Notes under the pieces: model-generated
The model's database searches: none
What the model was told of the DNA's origin: nothing
The model's input: only the letters and a program-made list of their open reading frames with translations
Made by a program: the position numbers and the translations under genes
Part shown: piece after piece, positions 7,913 to 16,320 of the stretch
How positions within the stretch are numbered: the stretch's first letter is position 1
How the letters are laid out: each line of letters opens with the position of its first letter
Assembly (NCBI GenBank): GCA_965116885.1
Contig: OZ220741.1
Coordinates: forward strand, 851,076 to 915,075
Direction of reading: 5' to 3'
Length of the DNA stretch: 64,000 nucleotides
Source: Candidatus Latescibacterota bacterium
GTDB taxonomy: Bacteria; Latescibacterota; UBA2968

Positions 7913-8761
7913 TTAAGAAATTAGATGACCAGCCTCCTCCATCAACCGCAGCCAATCCTCATGACCGCTTGCCACCCGATCCGGGTCTATCTCACTTCTC
8001 GCAACAAAGCCCGGCACCTCCTCACGCCCGGTTGGCAACCTGTAATCGCTATATCGAATATCCAGACTCCAGCGAATATGATCGGACGCATTGGGAAACG
8101 AGCGATGTATTGTCTTATGCTGAATCAACGCGGCGCCCCCGGCCGGTAGCACAGACAAAACGCGATCCCCCCGCGGCAACTGATCCTCGGGAATCTCCTT
8201 CTCTGAATCCGCCGGATCGTGTGGAAGAATACCGTGCTTGTGACTCCCCGCCAAAATCTCCAGGCAGCCATTCTCCACATCCGTATCCACCAGCGGCACC
8301 CAGAAATTGACCATAAAAGTCTCCTCCACCTCCGGATCCAGAAACGCGATATCCTGATGCCACAACACCTCTTCCTCACCGGGCATCTTTGCGCGGATAT
8401 TAAACTGCGGATGCACCAGAATTTCCGGCCCAATAATCGACTCCACCACATCCAGAATAGCCGGATGTGTCAGGAAAAAAAACAACCCCGCAGTCTTGTG
8501 AGCCTTGCCCAAAATCTCACCCACAAAACGCTTATCCGTCCCCAAAGCCTCGCACAAATACGCCAATCGGCACTCAAAAGGCGCGTCCTCAAAAAGACGC
8601 TCCAATTGACCCAGGGCATAAGCCTCTCTCGCCTTTTGTCCAATCACCGCATCAAACTCATCCACAAGCGGCTGATATGCCTCTGGGGGCAAACACTCGT
8701 CCAGCAACAAATACCCCTCATCCTTGTAAAAAGCAATCTGCTCACCAGTCAAACCACCCAT
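7913..8761 (-). CDS. Phytanoyl-CoA dioxygenase (PhyH) family Fe(II)/2OG oxygenase
   Basis: N-terminal LTGEQIAFYKDEGYLLL, then WHQDIAF (HxD) and GSHKHG. Confidence 0.8.
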   Translation of the reverse strand: MGGLTGEQIAFYKDEGYLLLDECLPPEAYQPLVDEFDAVIGQKAREAYALGQLERLFEDAPFECRLAYLCEALGTDKRFVGEILGKAHKTAGLFFFLTHPAILDVVESIIGPEILVHPQFNIRAKMPGEEEVLWHQDIAFLDPEVEETFMVNFWVPLVDTDVENGCLEILAGSHKHGILPHDPADSEKEIPEDQLPRGDRVLSVLPAGGAALIQHKTIHRSFPNASDHIRWSLDIRYSDYRLPTGREEVPGFVARSEIDPDRVASGHEDWLRLMEEAGHLIS

Positions 8762-8771
8762 GATTTATCTC

Positions 8772-9551
8772 CTATTTCTTCCATTCCTCACAGCCCCCAA
8801 ACGGCATAGTCTCCCCCGGAACATATCGTGGGCGTGCCGCATACACATTCGCAACATCCGGAGAGGCTTTGCCGCGCACGAGAATATTCTCGTGACCTTC
8901 TCTATTTACCCACGTCGTCGTCGGAATATACCGCAACGTAAGCCCAACGCGCCACTGATCCGAAGTATTGGCATTCGAACCGTGGATAATATTCGGATTG
9001 TGGATCGAAACATCGCCCGCGTTGAGCTCCAGATCAACCGCATCGGAATCGTCAATCTGATCCGGATGAATACCCACGCCGAGCACGTACTTTTCCTGGT
9101 CCAGATCAATGAGATCGCGGCGCTTGAGCAAATGCTTATTATGCGTCCCCGGCAACACCCGCATACAGCCATTCTCAACCGTCGAAGGCGTCCCCGCAAC
9201 CCACAAAGTCGTCACCTCCATCGGCTCGAGGGGCCAATAAGACCCGTCTTGGTGCCACTGCACAGCCTGACCATCGCCCGGGGGTTTGGCGATGTAATGT
9301 GCGGCAAACATCGCAACATCGGGCCCGAGAAATTGCTCGGCAATATCCACAAGGCGCTCATCGCCCACGAGCCGGTGCATAAAAGGATCGCGGGCGAGCA
9401 AATGATGATGCAAACGCTCTGGACGCACGCCGGGATTCCGCTCAATAAGCCAGTGGACGTGTTGCACCGTCTCCTCTGCGAGCGCCGCATCAATCGCCTT
9501 ACGCGCGATAGCATAGCCATTTTGATCGTATTCAAATCGCAAATTTTTCAT
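8772..9551 (-). CDS. Phytanoyl-CoA dioxygenase (PhyH) family Fe(II)/2OG oxygenase
   Basis: YDQNGYAIARKAI..., WHQDGSYW (HxD), VLPGTHNKH, IHGSNANTS. Confidence 0.8.
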   Translation of the reverse strand: MKNLRFEYDQNGYAIARKAIDAALAEETVQHVHWLIERNPGVRPERLHHHLLARDPFMHRLVGDERLVDIAEQFLGPDVAMFAAHYIAKPPGDGQAVQWHQDGSYWPLEPMEVTTLWVAGTPSTVENGCMRVLPGTHNKHLLKRRDLIDLDQEKYVLGVGIHPDQIDDSDAVDLELNAGDVSIHNPNIIHGSNANTSDQWRVGLTLRYIPTTTWVNREGHENILVRGKASPDVANVYAARPRYVPGETMPFGGCEEWKK

Positions 9552-9569
9552 AATACACTTTCAGGACAC

Positions 9570-9596
9570 GGGCGGGCACAGGGGCACCGCCCCTAC
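9570..9596. repeat. REP-like palindromic element (divergent copy)
   Basis: gggcgggcacaggggcaccgcccctac; GC stem and terminal ccctac as in the other copies. Confidence 0.6.
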
Positions 9597-9620
9597 ATAC
9601 GTTTCTTACTACCGCTCACC

Positions 9621-9660
9621 ATCCTGATCATCCTTTCATCCTGATTATCCTGATCTGATC
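9621..9660. repeat. Short tandem ATCCTGATY-type repeats straddling the sulfatase stop codon
   Basis: atcctgatc atcctttc atcctgatt atcctgatc tgatc, read directly. The sulfatase stop (TAA, 9647-9645) lies inside the array. Confidence 0.7.
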
Positions 9661-11102
9661 TCTCGCAACCTATCCGCCATCCGCTCGGCAACATCGGGAT
9701 GGATTGACGCCACATTCTCAATCTGCCCAATATCGCCCGAAAGATTATAAAGTTGCGAAACTGGGGAATTACCAGTCTCAATATTCACATTCGTATTCAC
9801 AGGCGGACCCTGATGCGGCGGAATAAACACCCAATCCCCCTGCCGCAAAACCGTCTTTGCCTGAACACCCTCCAGAACAATCTCCGCCCGACCCTCATCG
9901 CTTTGCCCCAGCAGAGCATCGAGCACATCCACGCTATCGGGACCCGCATCTGCATCCAGCGAAACACCCGCAAGCGCGGCAAAAGACGCGAGAAAATCGA
10001 CCTGACTAACCAGGGCATCAGACTCCCCGATTTCCACAGCACCGGGCCAGGAAACGATAAAAGGCACGCGGGTACCCCCGTCGTACATACTGTATTTTCC
10101 CCCGCGCAACGGACCTGCCGGCCGGTGATCGCCACACAGCTCAACCGCCTCGTCGTAATAACCATCATTCAGCACCGGACCGTTATCGCTGGAAAAAACC
10201 ACAATCGTATCTTCTTTCAAACCACACCGATCGAGCGCATCGAGCATCTCGCCCACACACCAATCCATCTCGGCAATCGCATCGCCACGCGGACCCAATC
10301 CAGTACTCCCCACAAATCTGGGATGCGGCAACCGCGGAACATGGGGCTGGTGGAACGCGTAATACAGAAAAAACGGACCCTCCTTGTTCTTCTCGACAAA
10401 TGAAACGGCCTTTTCCAAAAACACATCGGCCATATCTTCATCCACCCAAAGCGCTGCCTCGCCCCCTCTCATATACCCGATCCGACTCACGCCATTGACA
10501 ATACTCATATCGTGCCCGTGGTGGAACATCATCTTCAGCAACTCGGGATTGTCTTTCCCGGTCGGCAAACCCGGAAACGGCTTATTCTTATCGTACTCCA
10601 CCTCAATCGGATCGGACAGATCGAGACCCACCACATCTCTGCCATCCAGATACACACACGGCACGCGATCATTGGTCGCGGCCATGATATAAGAATAGTC
10701 AAACCCAATATCCAGAGGCGTCAGCGGAAGCGGCTCATTCCAATTTTGATTCCCCTCGCCAATACCCAGATGCCACTTGCCAACAACACTCGTTTTATAA
10801 CCCGCCTCCTTGAGCACGGAAGGCAAAGTAGAAGTACCCGGATCTATAATAAGCGGCGCATCACCGGGCAAAATATGCGCGCGTTCATTGCGCCAGGAAT
10901 AAGACCCCGTAAGCAAGCTATAGCGCGAAGGCGTACACGTCGCCGCCGTGGCATATCCCTGATAAAATATTACACCCTCAGAAGCCAAACGGTCAATATT
11001 GGGCGTATCGAGTACCGTAGCACCGTAACAACCCACATCTCCAAAACCGAGATCATCTGCGTACATAACGATAATATTGGGGTGCTTTGCCGAATCTGCC
11101 AT
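9645..11102 (-). CDS. Sulfatase (arylsulfatase A-like, Cys-type)
   Basis: IIVMYADDLGFGDVGCYG and CTPSRYSLLTG (CxPxR formylglycine motif). 485 aa. No obvious signal peptide. Confidence 0.9.
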   Translation of the reverse strand: MADSAKHPNIIVMYADDLGFGDVGCYGATVLDTPNIDRLASEGVIFYQGYATAATCTPSRYSLLTGSYSWRNERAHILPGDAPLIIDPGTSTLPSVLKEAGYKTSVVGKWHLGIGEGNQNWNEPLPLTPLDIGFDYSYIMAATNDRVPCVYLDGRDVVGLDLSDPIEVEYDKNKPFPGLPTGKDNPELLKMMFHHGHDMSIVNGVSRIGYMRGGEAALWVDEDMADVFLEKAVSFVEKNKEGPFFLYYAFHQPHVPRLPHPRFVGSTGLGPRGDAIAEMDWCVGEMLDALDRCGLKEDTIVVFSSDNGPVLNDGYYDEAVELCGDHRPAGPLRGGKYSMYDGGTRVPFIVSWPGAVEIGESDALVSQVDFLASFAALAGVSLDADAGPDSVDVLDALLGQSDEGRAEIVLEGVQAKTVLRQGDWVFIPPHQGPPVNTNVNIETGNSPVSQLYNLSGDIGQIENVASIHPDVAERMADRLREIRSG

Positions 11103-11232
11103 ATTTATCCTTTCGTTTAACTACTGGCGCAATTGTACCTCGTTGCGTAAATTACAGGTTTGCAATATAGGGCGTTATCCAAACCACAAGCAAGCGGAAA
11201 CGATTACCACACCCATTTACAAAGGAGAATAC

Positions 11233-12015
11233 ATGATTACTCGATTAACGATTCTCGCGTTATTGTTGACCCTGGTCCCAAAAGCCATCGCAGAAACCAA
11301 TCCCCCAGCCGAAGGATTCAACCAGTCAGAATCAGATACAAAAGCAATTGAAATTGCCGATGCAGTCATGGAAAAAATGGGCGGATGGGAAAATTGGAAT
11401 CAGACCCGGTACATCACATGGCGTTTCTTTGGACGACGCCTGCACGTATGGGACAAATGGACGGGCAACCTGCGGCATGAAGACGGGGACATGCTCATCT
11501 TGACGAACATAAACACCAAAAAAGGCCGCGTCTGGTTCGGCGGAACAGAGCAAACAAACCCCGACTCTGTAAAAAAATATATGAATCAGGGTTACAGGCG
11601 GTGGATCAACGACGCCTACTGGCTCGTCATGCCCTATAAATTGAAAGACACGGGCGTCACCTTAAAATACAGCGGCGAAGACAAAACCCTGGACGACCGC
11701 CCCGCGCACAAATTGACCCTCACCTTTCAAAACACCGGCGTCACGCCGCGAAACAAATACGATGTATGGGTAGATAAAGAGCACAACCTGGTCACAGAAT
11801 GGGCTTTTTATCGCAACGCATCGGACGCAGAACCGCGATTTCGCAACCCGTGGACAAACTGGACAAAACACGGCAACATCCTGATCTCCGACGGACGCGG
11901 ATCAACGCGTAGAGGCGAACGCAAGCATACGGATATAGCCGTCTTTGATACATTACCCGCTTCGGTATTCGAAAGCCCCGATCCCGTAGATATGATGGCG
12001 TTGAAGAATCGGTAA
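11233..12015 (+). CDS. Secreted hypothetical protein
   Basis: Start chosen at ATG 11233 (AAGGAGA upstream), giving the signal peptide MITRLTILALLLTLVPKAIAE. No family recognised. Confidence 0.6.
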   Translation: MITRLTILALLLTLVPKAIAETNPPAEGFNQSESDTKAIEIADAVMEKMGGWENWNQTRYITWRFFGRRLHVWDKWTGNLRHEDGDMLILTNINTKKGRVWFGGTEQTNPDSVKKYMNQGYRRWINDAYWLVMPYKLKDTGVTLKYSGEDKTLDDRPAHKLTLTFQNTGVTPRNKYDVWVDKEHNLVTEWAFYRNASDAEPRFRNPWTNWTKHGNILISDGRGSTRRGERKHTDIAVFDTLPASVFESPDPVDMMALKNR

Positions 12016-12020
12016 AAGTA

Positions 12021-12050
12021 TCCGCAGATGGACGCAGATAGACACAGATA
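12021..12050. repeat. Three imperfect 10-nt tandem units (tccgcagatg/gacgcagata/gacacagata)
   Basis: Read directly in the intergenic region after the stop at 12015. Confidence 0.7.
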
Positions 12051-12113
12051 AAAAAATCAAATGCAGGGGCCTGTCCAAAGTGAATTACTGGTTCGGCCTA
12101 TAGTCATTGAAAA

Positions 12114-12142
12114 ATCCCGTTAGAACTTTAACGGGATTTTTT
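12114..12142. terminator. Bidirectional intrinsic terminator between convergent genes
   Basis: aaaaATCCCGTTagaactttAACGGGATttttt: 8-bp stem flanked by an A-run and a T-run. Confidence 0.7.
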
Positions 12143-12584
12143 ATTTTTCCAAGATACGCTTCAGCGAATCAAAACCGCCCTGAAAAACCCCGTTACCGAC
12201 AAAATCGACCAGTTCCTCTTCTTCATCGGCTGGACAGCCGAATTCTGCGGTCCACTGAATATACGTTCGATTGCCATCCGTAATAGGCGTCAAACTCAGC
12301 GTTGCCACATAGTCTTCAACCGACATAGGCGACTCGAGAATAGAATACGTACATGTAAAAGTAACATCGCTCAACGTCAGCAATTGTTCGCGAATATTCC
12401 CGCCATCATGCAAATTAAAATTGCGAATACAGCCCACGCTATCGCTGGATTCACCACCTTCAATACGGCTATCTGCAATCGCGGGATGCCATTCGGGCAA
12501 CGCATTAAAATCGCGGATCTTTTCCCACACAGCATCTACTGAAGCGTCGAGCACTGAACTGACAAAAACATTGGCTTTAGCCAT
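12141..12584 (-). CDS. SRPBCC (Bet v1/polyketide cyclase-like) family protein
   Basis: 147 aa. VSSVLDASVDAVWEKIRDFNALPEWHP is a typical SRPBCC N-terminus. Confidence 0.75.
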   Translation of the reverse strand: MAKANVFVSSVLDASVDAVWEKIRDFNALPEWHPAIADSRIEGGESSDSVGCIRNFNLHDGGNIREQLLTLSDVTFTCTYSILESPMSVEDYVATLSLTPITDGNRTYIQWTAEFGCPADEEEELVDFVGNGVFQGGFDSLKRILEK

Positions 12585-12642
12585 CTCATCCTCCTCTATG
12601 TGTTATTGTTTGAATAGCGCAGCAAGTTGGTATAAGTACAGT

Positions 12643-13740
12643 TTAAGATGCCACCTCTTTCCATTCCAGGCGGACTTTAAGTCCATTCAACTCCCTCCAG
12701 GGAAGATGGCCTTCATGTTGAAGCCTCCCGACGACGATACCTGGGGCAATACCCTGTTCATCAGCGAATGCACAAACCACCTCCTCTTCGCACGGACAAC
12801 TTGCAACAAACCGCTCCCACTCGCGCTTCGGCACCAGCCTGTTTGTCGCCCATTCATTCGCTTCAGCTTCAAGGTCTGCGATCTCACCCTGTTTCAGGCC
12901 ATCAATAAATACGCTCTTCTTGCTGTGGAGAAGAACATGTGCGGCCTCGTGGAACAGGCTGAACCACAAATGGTCGTCTGTCTTATAGCGTGCGCTCAAC
13001 TGGATTATAGCCTTCCGGGGGGAAAGCCACCACGCTGCCCCGCTAAGGGCTGTTCTCGATAGGGGCTTAATCAGGGCCAGGGCAACACCAGCTTGATTGC
13101 AGAGTTGTTGTGCGTCGGATAGCCCTTTTTCTATCGGTACTCGCGTCAGTTTGCGAATTTCTTGCAACGCCAGCTTAAAACGCATCTCATTGTAGTCGGC
13201 GCAATCCTGTTGTTCTGCATCAAGCTCTCCGAGTCGGAGCCATGTTGCCAGCGCAATCTCATCGCTCTTAAAACTCGGCGAATGTCGATATGCCACATTC
13301 GCCAAACTATACTTCATGTGCCAAGCCTTAATCGAACCGATGCCGAAAAATGAGAGCAACCCAGATACAGACTCCACATCTGACTTCGACTTGCGAAGAA
13401 CACCCCGTTTCACGAGTTCATTAACCGGAAATTGTTTCAACCACTCAGCAGATTTGGCGGCTTCTGCCGCCTCGGATTCTCGGGCGCATTGAAGGCGATA
13501 GTCGGTCTCAATGCCGAGCCATAAGCTCGCATCAACGCCCAGCACCCTTTCAAACTGTAATGCCGTCGCTGGCTCAAGGGAGGCTTTCCCAGAGATAATC
13601 TCGCTGATCAGCTTCGGAGAGCGCCCACACCGCCGCGCAAACTCGGCCTGGGATATACCTTGCGCTTCCAAACGTTCCTCCAAAACCCAGCCCGGCGGGA
13701 CCGCATAGTCCGGACGGTACTCATTAGTCTCCACTGCCAT
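12643..13740 (-). CDS. HigA-like XRE HTH antitoxin fused to an ImmA/IrrE metallopeptidase domain
   Basis: N-terminal HTH (GISQAEFARRCGRSPKLISEIISGK) and C-terminal HEAAHVLLH (HExxH). 365 aa. Located 14 nt downstream of the HigB-like gene. Confidence 0.8.
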   Translation of the reverse strand: MAVETNEYRPDYAVPPGWVLEERLEAQGISQAEFARRCGRSPKLISEIISGKASLEPATALQFERVLGVDASLWLGIETDYRLQCARESEAAEAAKSAEWLKQFPVNELVKRGVLRKSKSDVESVSGLLSFFGIGSIKAWHMKYSLANVAYRHSPSFKSDEIALATWLRLGELDAEQQDCADYNEMRFKLALQEIRKLTRVPIEKGLSDAQQLCNQAGVALALIKPLSRTALSGAAWWLSPRKAIIQLSARYKTDDHLWFSLFHEAAHVLLHSKKSVFIDGLKQGEIADLEAEANEWATNRLVPKREWERFVASCPCEEEVVCAFADEQGIAPGIVVGRLQHEGHLPWRELNGLKVRLEWKEVAS

Positions 13741-13754
13741 TTCTCGCTCCTTGT

Positions 13755-14090
13755 TCAGTGGTAGTCGATCACCTCAATGATCGTGATTGCACTCACTTTC
13801 TTTGCATCTATTCCTCCATCCTCCTTCCGTGGTATAGGATTGTGATCAGGCTTAAAAATTAGCCGATAGGGATAGACAAGATTAACGGCATATTGCTCGT
13901 CGCGGTCTCCCTGAAGTTGGTGCCGCCGATCTGGCGGAGTCGTGGGCACCTGCTCTAATGTCTCGGCGGCCTTTAGAATAGCAAGGCGGCTCATTATCAC
14001 CTTCGCCATGCGAGATCCATAAGTCCTTTGGAGTAAACGAGAGGAGTTAAAAATTCTCGCGATCTTACTTGTTCGAAAGGTGATGTCCAA
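13755..14090 (-). CDS. higB: HigB-type (plasmid maintenance system killer) RelE/ParE-superfamily toxin
   Basis: 111 aa. ...HQLQGDRDEQYAVNL..YRLIF... ending ...IIEVIDYH, which matches the HigB killer-protein pattern (L.GdR.g.ysi.v...wRl.F...DYH). Confidence 0.7.
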   Translation of the reverse strand: MDITFRTSKIARIFNSSRLLQRTYGSRMAKVIMSRLAILKAAETLEQVPTTPPDRRHQLQGDRDEQYAVNLVYPYRLIFKPDHNPIPRKEDGGIDAKKVSAITIIEVIDYH

Positions 14091-14120
14091 TACCCCGGCT
14101 CCTATTAATCGCTTTTTTCG

Positions 14121-14135
14121 TTACCTAATAGGTAA
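14121..14135. promoter_or_regulatory. Perfect 7-1-7 palindrome TTACCTA-A-TAGGTAA upstream of higB (candidate HigA operator)
   Basis: Read directly. It lies about 30 nt upstream of the higB start, next to an AT-rich -10-like TATATT on the minus strand. Confidence 0.4.
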
Positions 14136-14291
14136 TATATTATCAGATTTTATTCAGAGAGGCAAGAATAATCTGGTAGCAATAGTATCGCTGTCTGGCG
14201 AACAGTGTAAAAAGCCCCTTTGCCAGACCATATTAACCTGCTATATTCCTGAACCTACTATTCATTGCCTAATCAATAACAGGAGATCAGC

Positions 14292-15341
14292 ATGGAACTA
14301 TTAAAAGAATTGTGTGAATGTTCGGGAGTACCCGGGCGTGAAGAGCGGTTGCGCGAAATCGTGCGGCGAGAGTTGGAACCCATCGCAGATGAACTTCGCG
14401 TAGATGGAATGGGCAACTTAATCATCAAAAAGAACGCAAGCGCGGGCGAAAACCCTAAAAAACTGATGCTGGCCGCGCACATGGACGAAATAGGCTTTGT
14501 CGTATCCCACATCGACAAACAGGGCCTCTTGCGCCTCGTACCTCTGGGCGGTCACGATCCCCGCAACATGGTCGCACAGCGCGTCACCGTCGCCGGCACC
14601 GAAAAAGACTACACGGGCCTGCTCTATCCCGGCGTAAAACCCCCGCATATCCAGACCGAAGCCGACCGCAACAAAAAATTAGACGTCAGCGACTTTGTCG
14701 TAGATCTCTACATGTCAGCCGACGACGTCAAAGAAGAAATCGAAATCGGCGCAATGGTAACACTACAACGCGATTTCGCCGAAATCGGCAACGGCGTAAG
14801 TTGCAAAGCCATGGACAACCGGCTCGCCGTATATGTCATGATCGAAGCCGTAAAACGGGCCGACTCCTTCGCCTTTGAAACATATCCCGTAGCCACAGTA
14901 CAGGAAGAAATTGGCCTGCGAGGGGCAACCGCGAGTGCCTTTGGCGTAAATCCAGATGTAGGCGTGGCCCTGGACATCACACTGGCGGCCGACATACCGG
15001 GCATCCCCGACCACGAACAGGTAACGCGCCTGGGAGATGGCGCTGCGATAAAAATTCAGGATTCCAGTTCAATTTCACACCCGGGATTGGTCGCACACAT
15101 GAAAACCCTCGCAAAAGAGCGCGACATCAAATACCAGATGGAAATACTACCCCGGGGCGGCACAGACGCAGGTGGCATACAGCGGATTCGAGCCGGAGTA
15201 CCCGTAATCACACTATCCATCCCCACGCGGTACGTACACACATCCATCGAATTAGCCGACAAAGACGACATCGAAGCCACCATTCAACTACTGGCAGCCT
15301 TTCTCGAAGAAGGCCACCGCACGGATTGGGACATGGTGTGA
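14292..15341 (+). CDS. M42 family aminopeptidase (FrvX/CelM-like)
   Basis: MELLKELCECSGVPGREERLREIV... and AHMDEIGF are typical of M42. 349 aa. AGGAGA RBS. Confidence 0.85.
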   Translation: MELLKELCECSGVPGREERLREIVRRELEPIADELRVDGMGNLIIKKNASAGENPKKLMLAAHMDEIGFVVSHIDKQGLLRLVPLGGHDPRNMVAQRVTVAGTEKDYTGLLYPGVKPPHIQTEADRNKKLDVSDFVVDLYMSADDVKEEIEIGAMVTLQRDFAEIGNGVSCKAMDNRLAVYVMIEAVKRADSFAFETYPVATVQEEIGLRGATASAFGVNPDVGVALDITLAADIPGIPDHEQVTRLGDGAAIKIQDSSSISHPGLVAHMKTLAKERDIKYQMEILPRGGTDAGGIQRIRAGVPVITLSIPTRYVHTSIELADKDDIEATIQLLAAFLEEGHRTDWDMV

Positions 15342-15347
15342 GTTTCG

Positions 15348-16298
15348 CTACCGCCTCTGCTCCTCATGAAACAAAAACGACAGCAACGTAAAACGGCGGC
15401 CCTGAGTCACCGGCTGGACCTCGTGGAGAAAAGAACTGGAAAACGCGACAGCATCGCCTGCTGACGGGCGATAGCGATGGGGACCAAACTCGGGAAAAAT
15501 CAGATGACCGCCTGTATAATCGTCATTGAGATTGAGCGTAAGCGCAAAGCGGCGATGGGCAGTTGAGGGACTGAGATTGTCGCGATGGGCGCGAAAAAAA
15601 CCGCCACTATCCGAGTCATAACACGCGATCTTAAAACCCTCGAAACGCGTCGCCCGGTAGTGGAAAGCGCGTTGCACCTCGGGCATAACCCGCCGCCCCA
15701 CCGTAGAAGTAAGCAAGCGCAAAAGTCGGGCATCGATAACCTCGTGGTCTCGCCGCTTTTTGTTCTGGTAGTCAACAACATCGCGTCGAACGCCAGATTT
15801 AGAGCTCTCAACACCAGTCTCCGTATTGCCCTTTGTCGCCCATACATTGATAAGCGCCTGGCAGATATCCGGAGTCAGAACATTGGGAATGAGGAGAACG
15901 GGCGCCTGGACATCAATATCAATAGACCCATGAGAAGGCAGGCTCTTAAACGCGCGATACATCTGATCAAACGCATTCGGATCCTCAATCCCCGACAGAA
16001 CGCGCAGATTGGCATCCAGCGCGAACGCGGCAAAATCTCCCTCGAGACCATAGGCTTTGCCAACCGCGTTTTCACCGTCGATAAATACGGTAACACCCGC
16101 CTTCGCAAGCTCCGATGGGCTAATAACAAAAACATCTACCTCTCCCGAAACCTCTAAACCTTCTAAAACCTGCTCTTCCCCTGTAAAAACCAAAAGAGTC
16201 GGACGACCGCCTGCGCGGGAATAAAAGCGCGTTTGAGGGCCGTCTATTGTCGAAAGAACAAAGTCGGGAGCGCGTTCGCCCCGGTTGAGGATACTCAT
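15348..16298 (-). CDS. Redoxin-like (Cys-less) N-domain fused to a 2OG-Fe(II) oxygenase (prolyl-hydroxylase-like) domain
   Basis: APDFVLSTIDG...RPTLLVFTGEE is AhpC/TSA-like but has no Cys. The C-terminus has FFRAHRDN (HxD) ... FSSSFLHEVQPVTQGRRFTL. Start placed at ATG 16298 (AAGAGG upstream). Confidence 0.7.
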   Translation of the reverse strand: MSILNRGERAPDFVLSTIDGPQTRFYSRAGGRPTLLVFTGEEQVLEGLEVSGEVDVFVISPSELAKAGVTVFIDGENAVGKAYGLEGDFAAFALDANLRVLSGIEDPNAFDQMYRAFKSLPSHGSIDIDVQAPVLLIPNVLTPDICQALINVWATKGNTETGVESSKSGVRRDVVDYQNKKRRDHEVIDARLLRLLTSTVGRRVMPEVQRAFHYRATRFEGFKIACYDSDSGGFFRAHRDNLSPSTAHRRFALTLNLNDDYTGGHLIFPEFGPHRYRPSAGDAVAFSSSFLHEVQPVTQGRRFTLLSFLFHEEQRR

Positions 16299-16320
16299 AG
16301 TGAGCCTCTTGGCATTTAAC

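Noticed and set aside
8219-9644. Long plus-strand ORFs (196 and 294 aa) antisense to the two PhyH genes.
   Set aside because: These are shadow ORFs of GC-rich coding sequence. The translations are Arg/His/Pro/Ile-rich low complexity without motifs, whereas the minus-strand products have clear family signatures.
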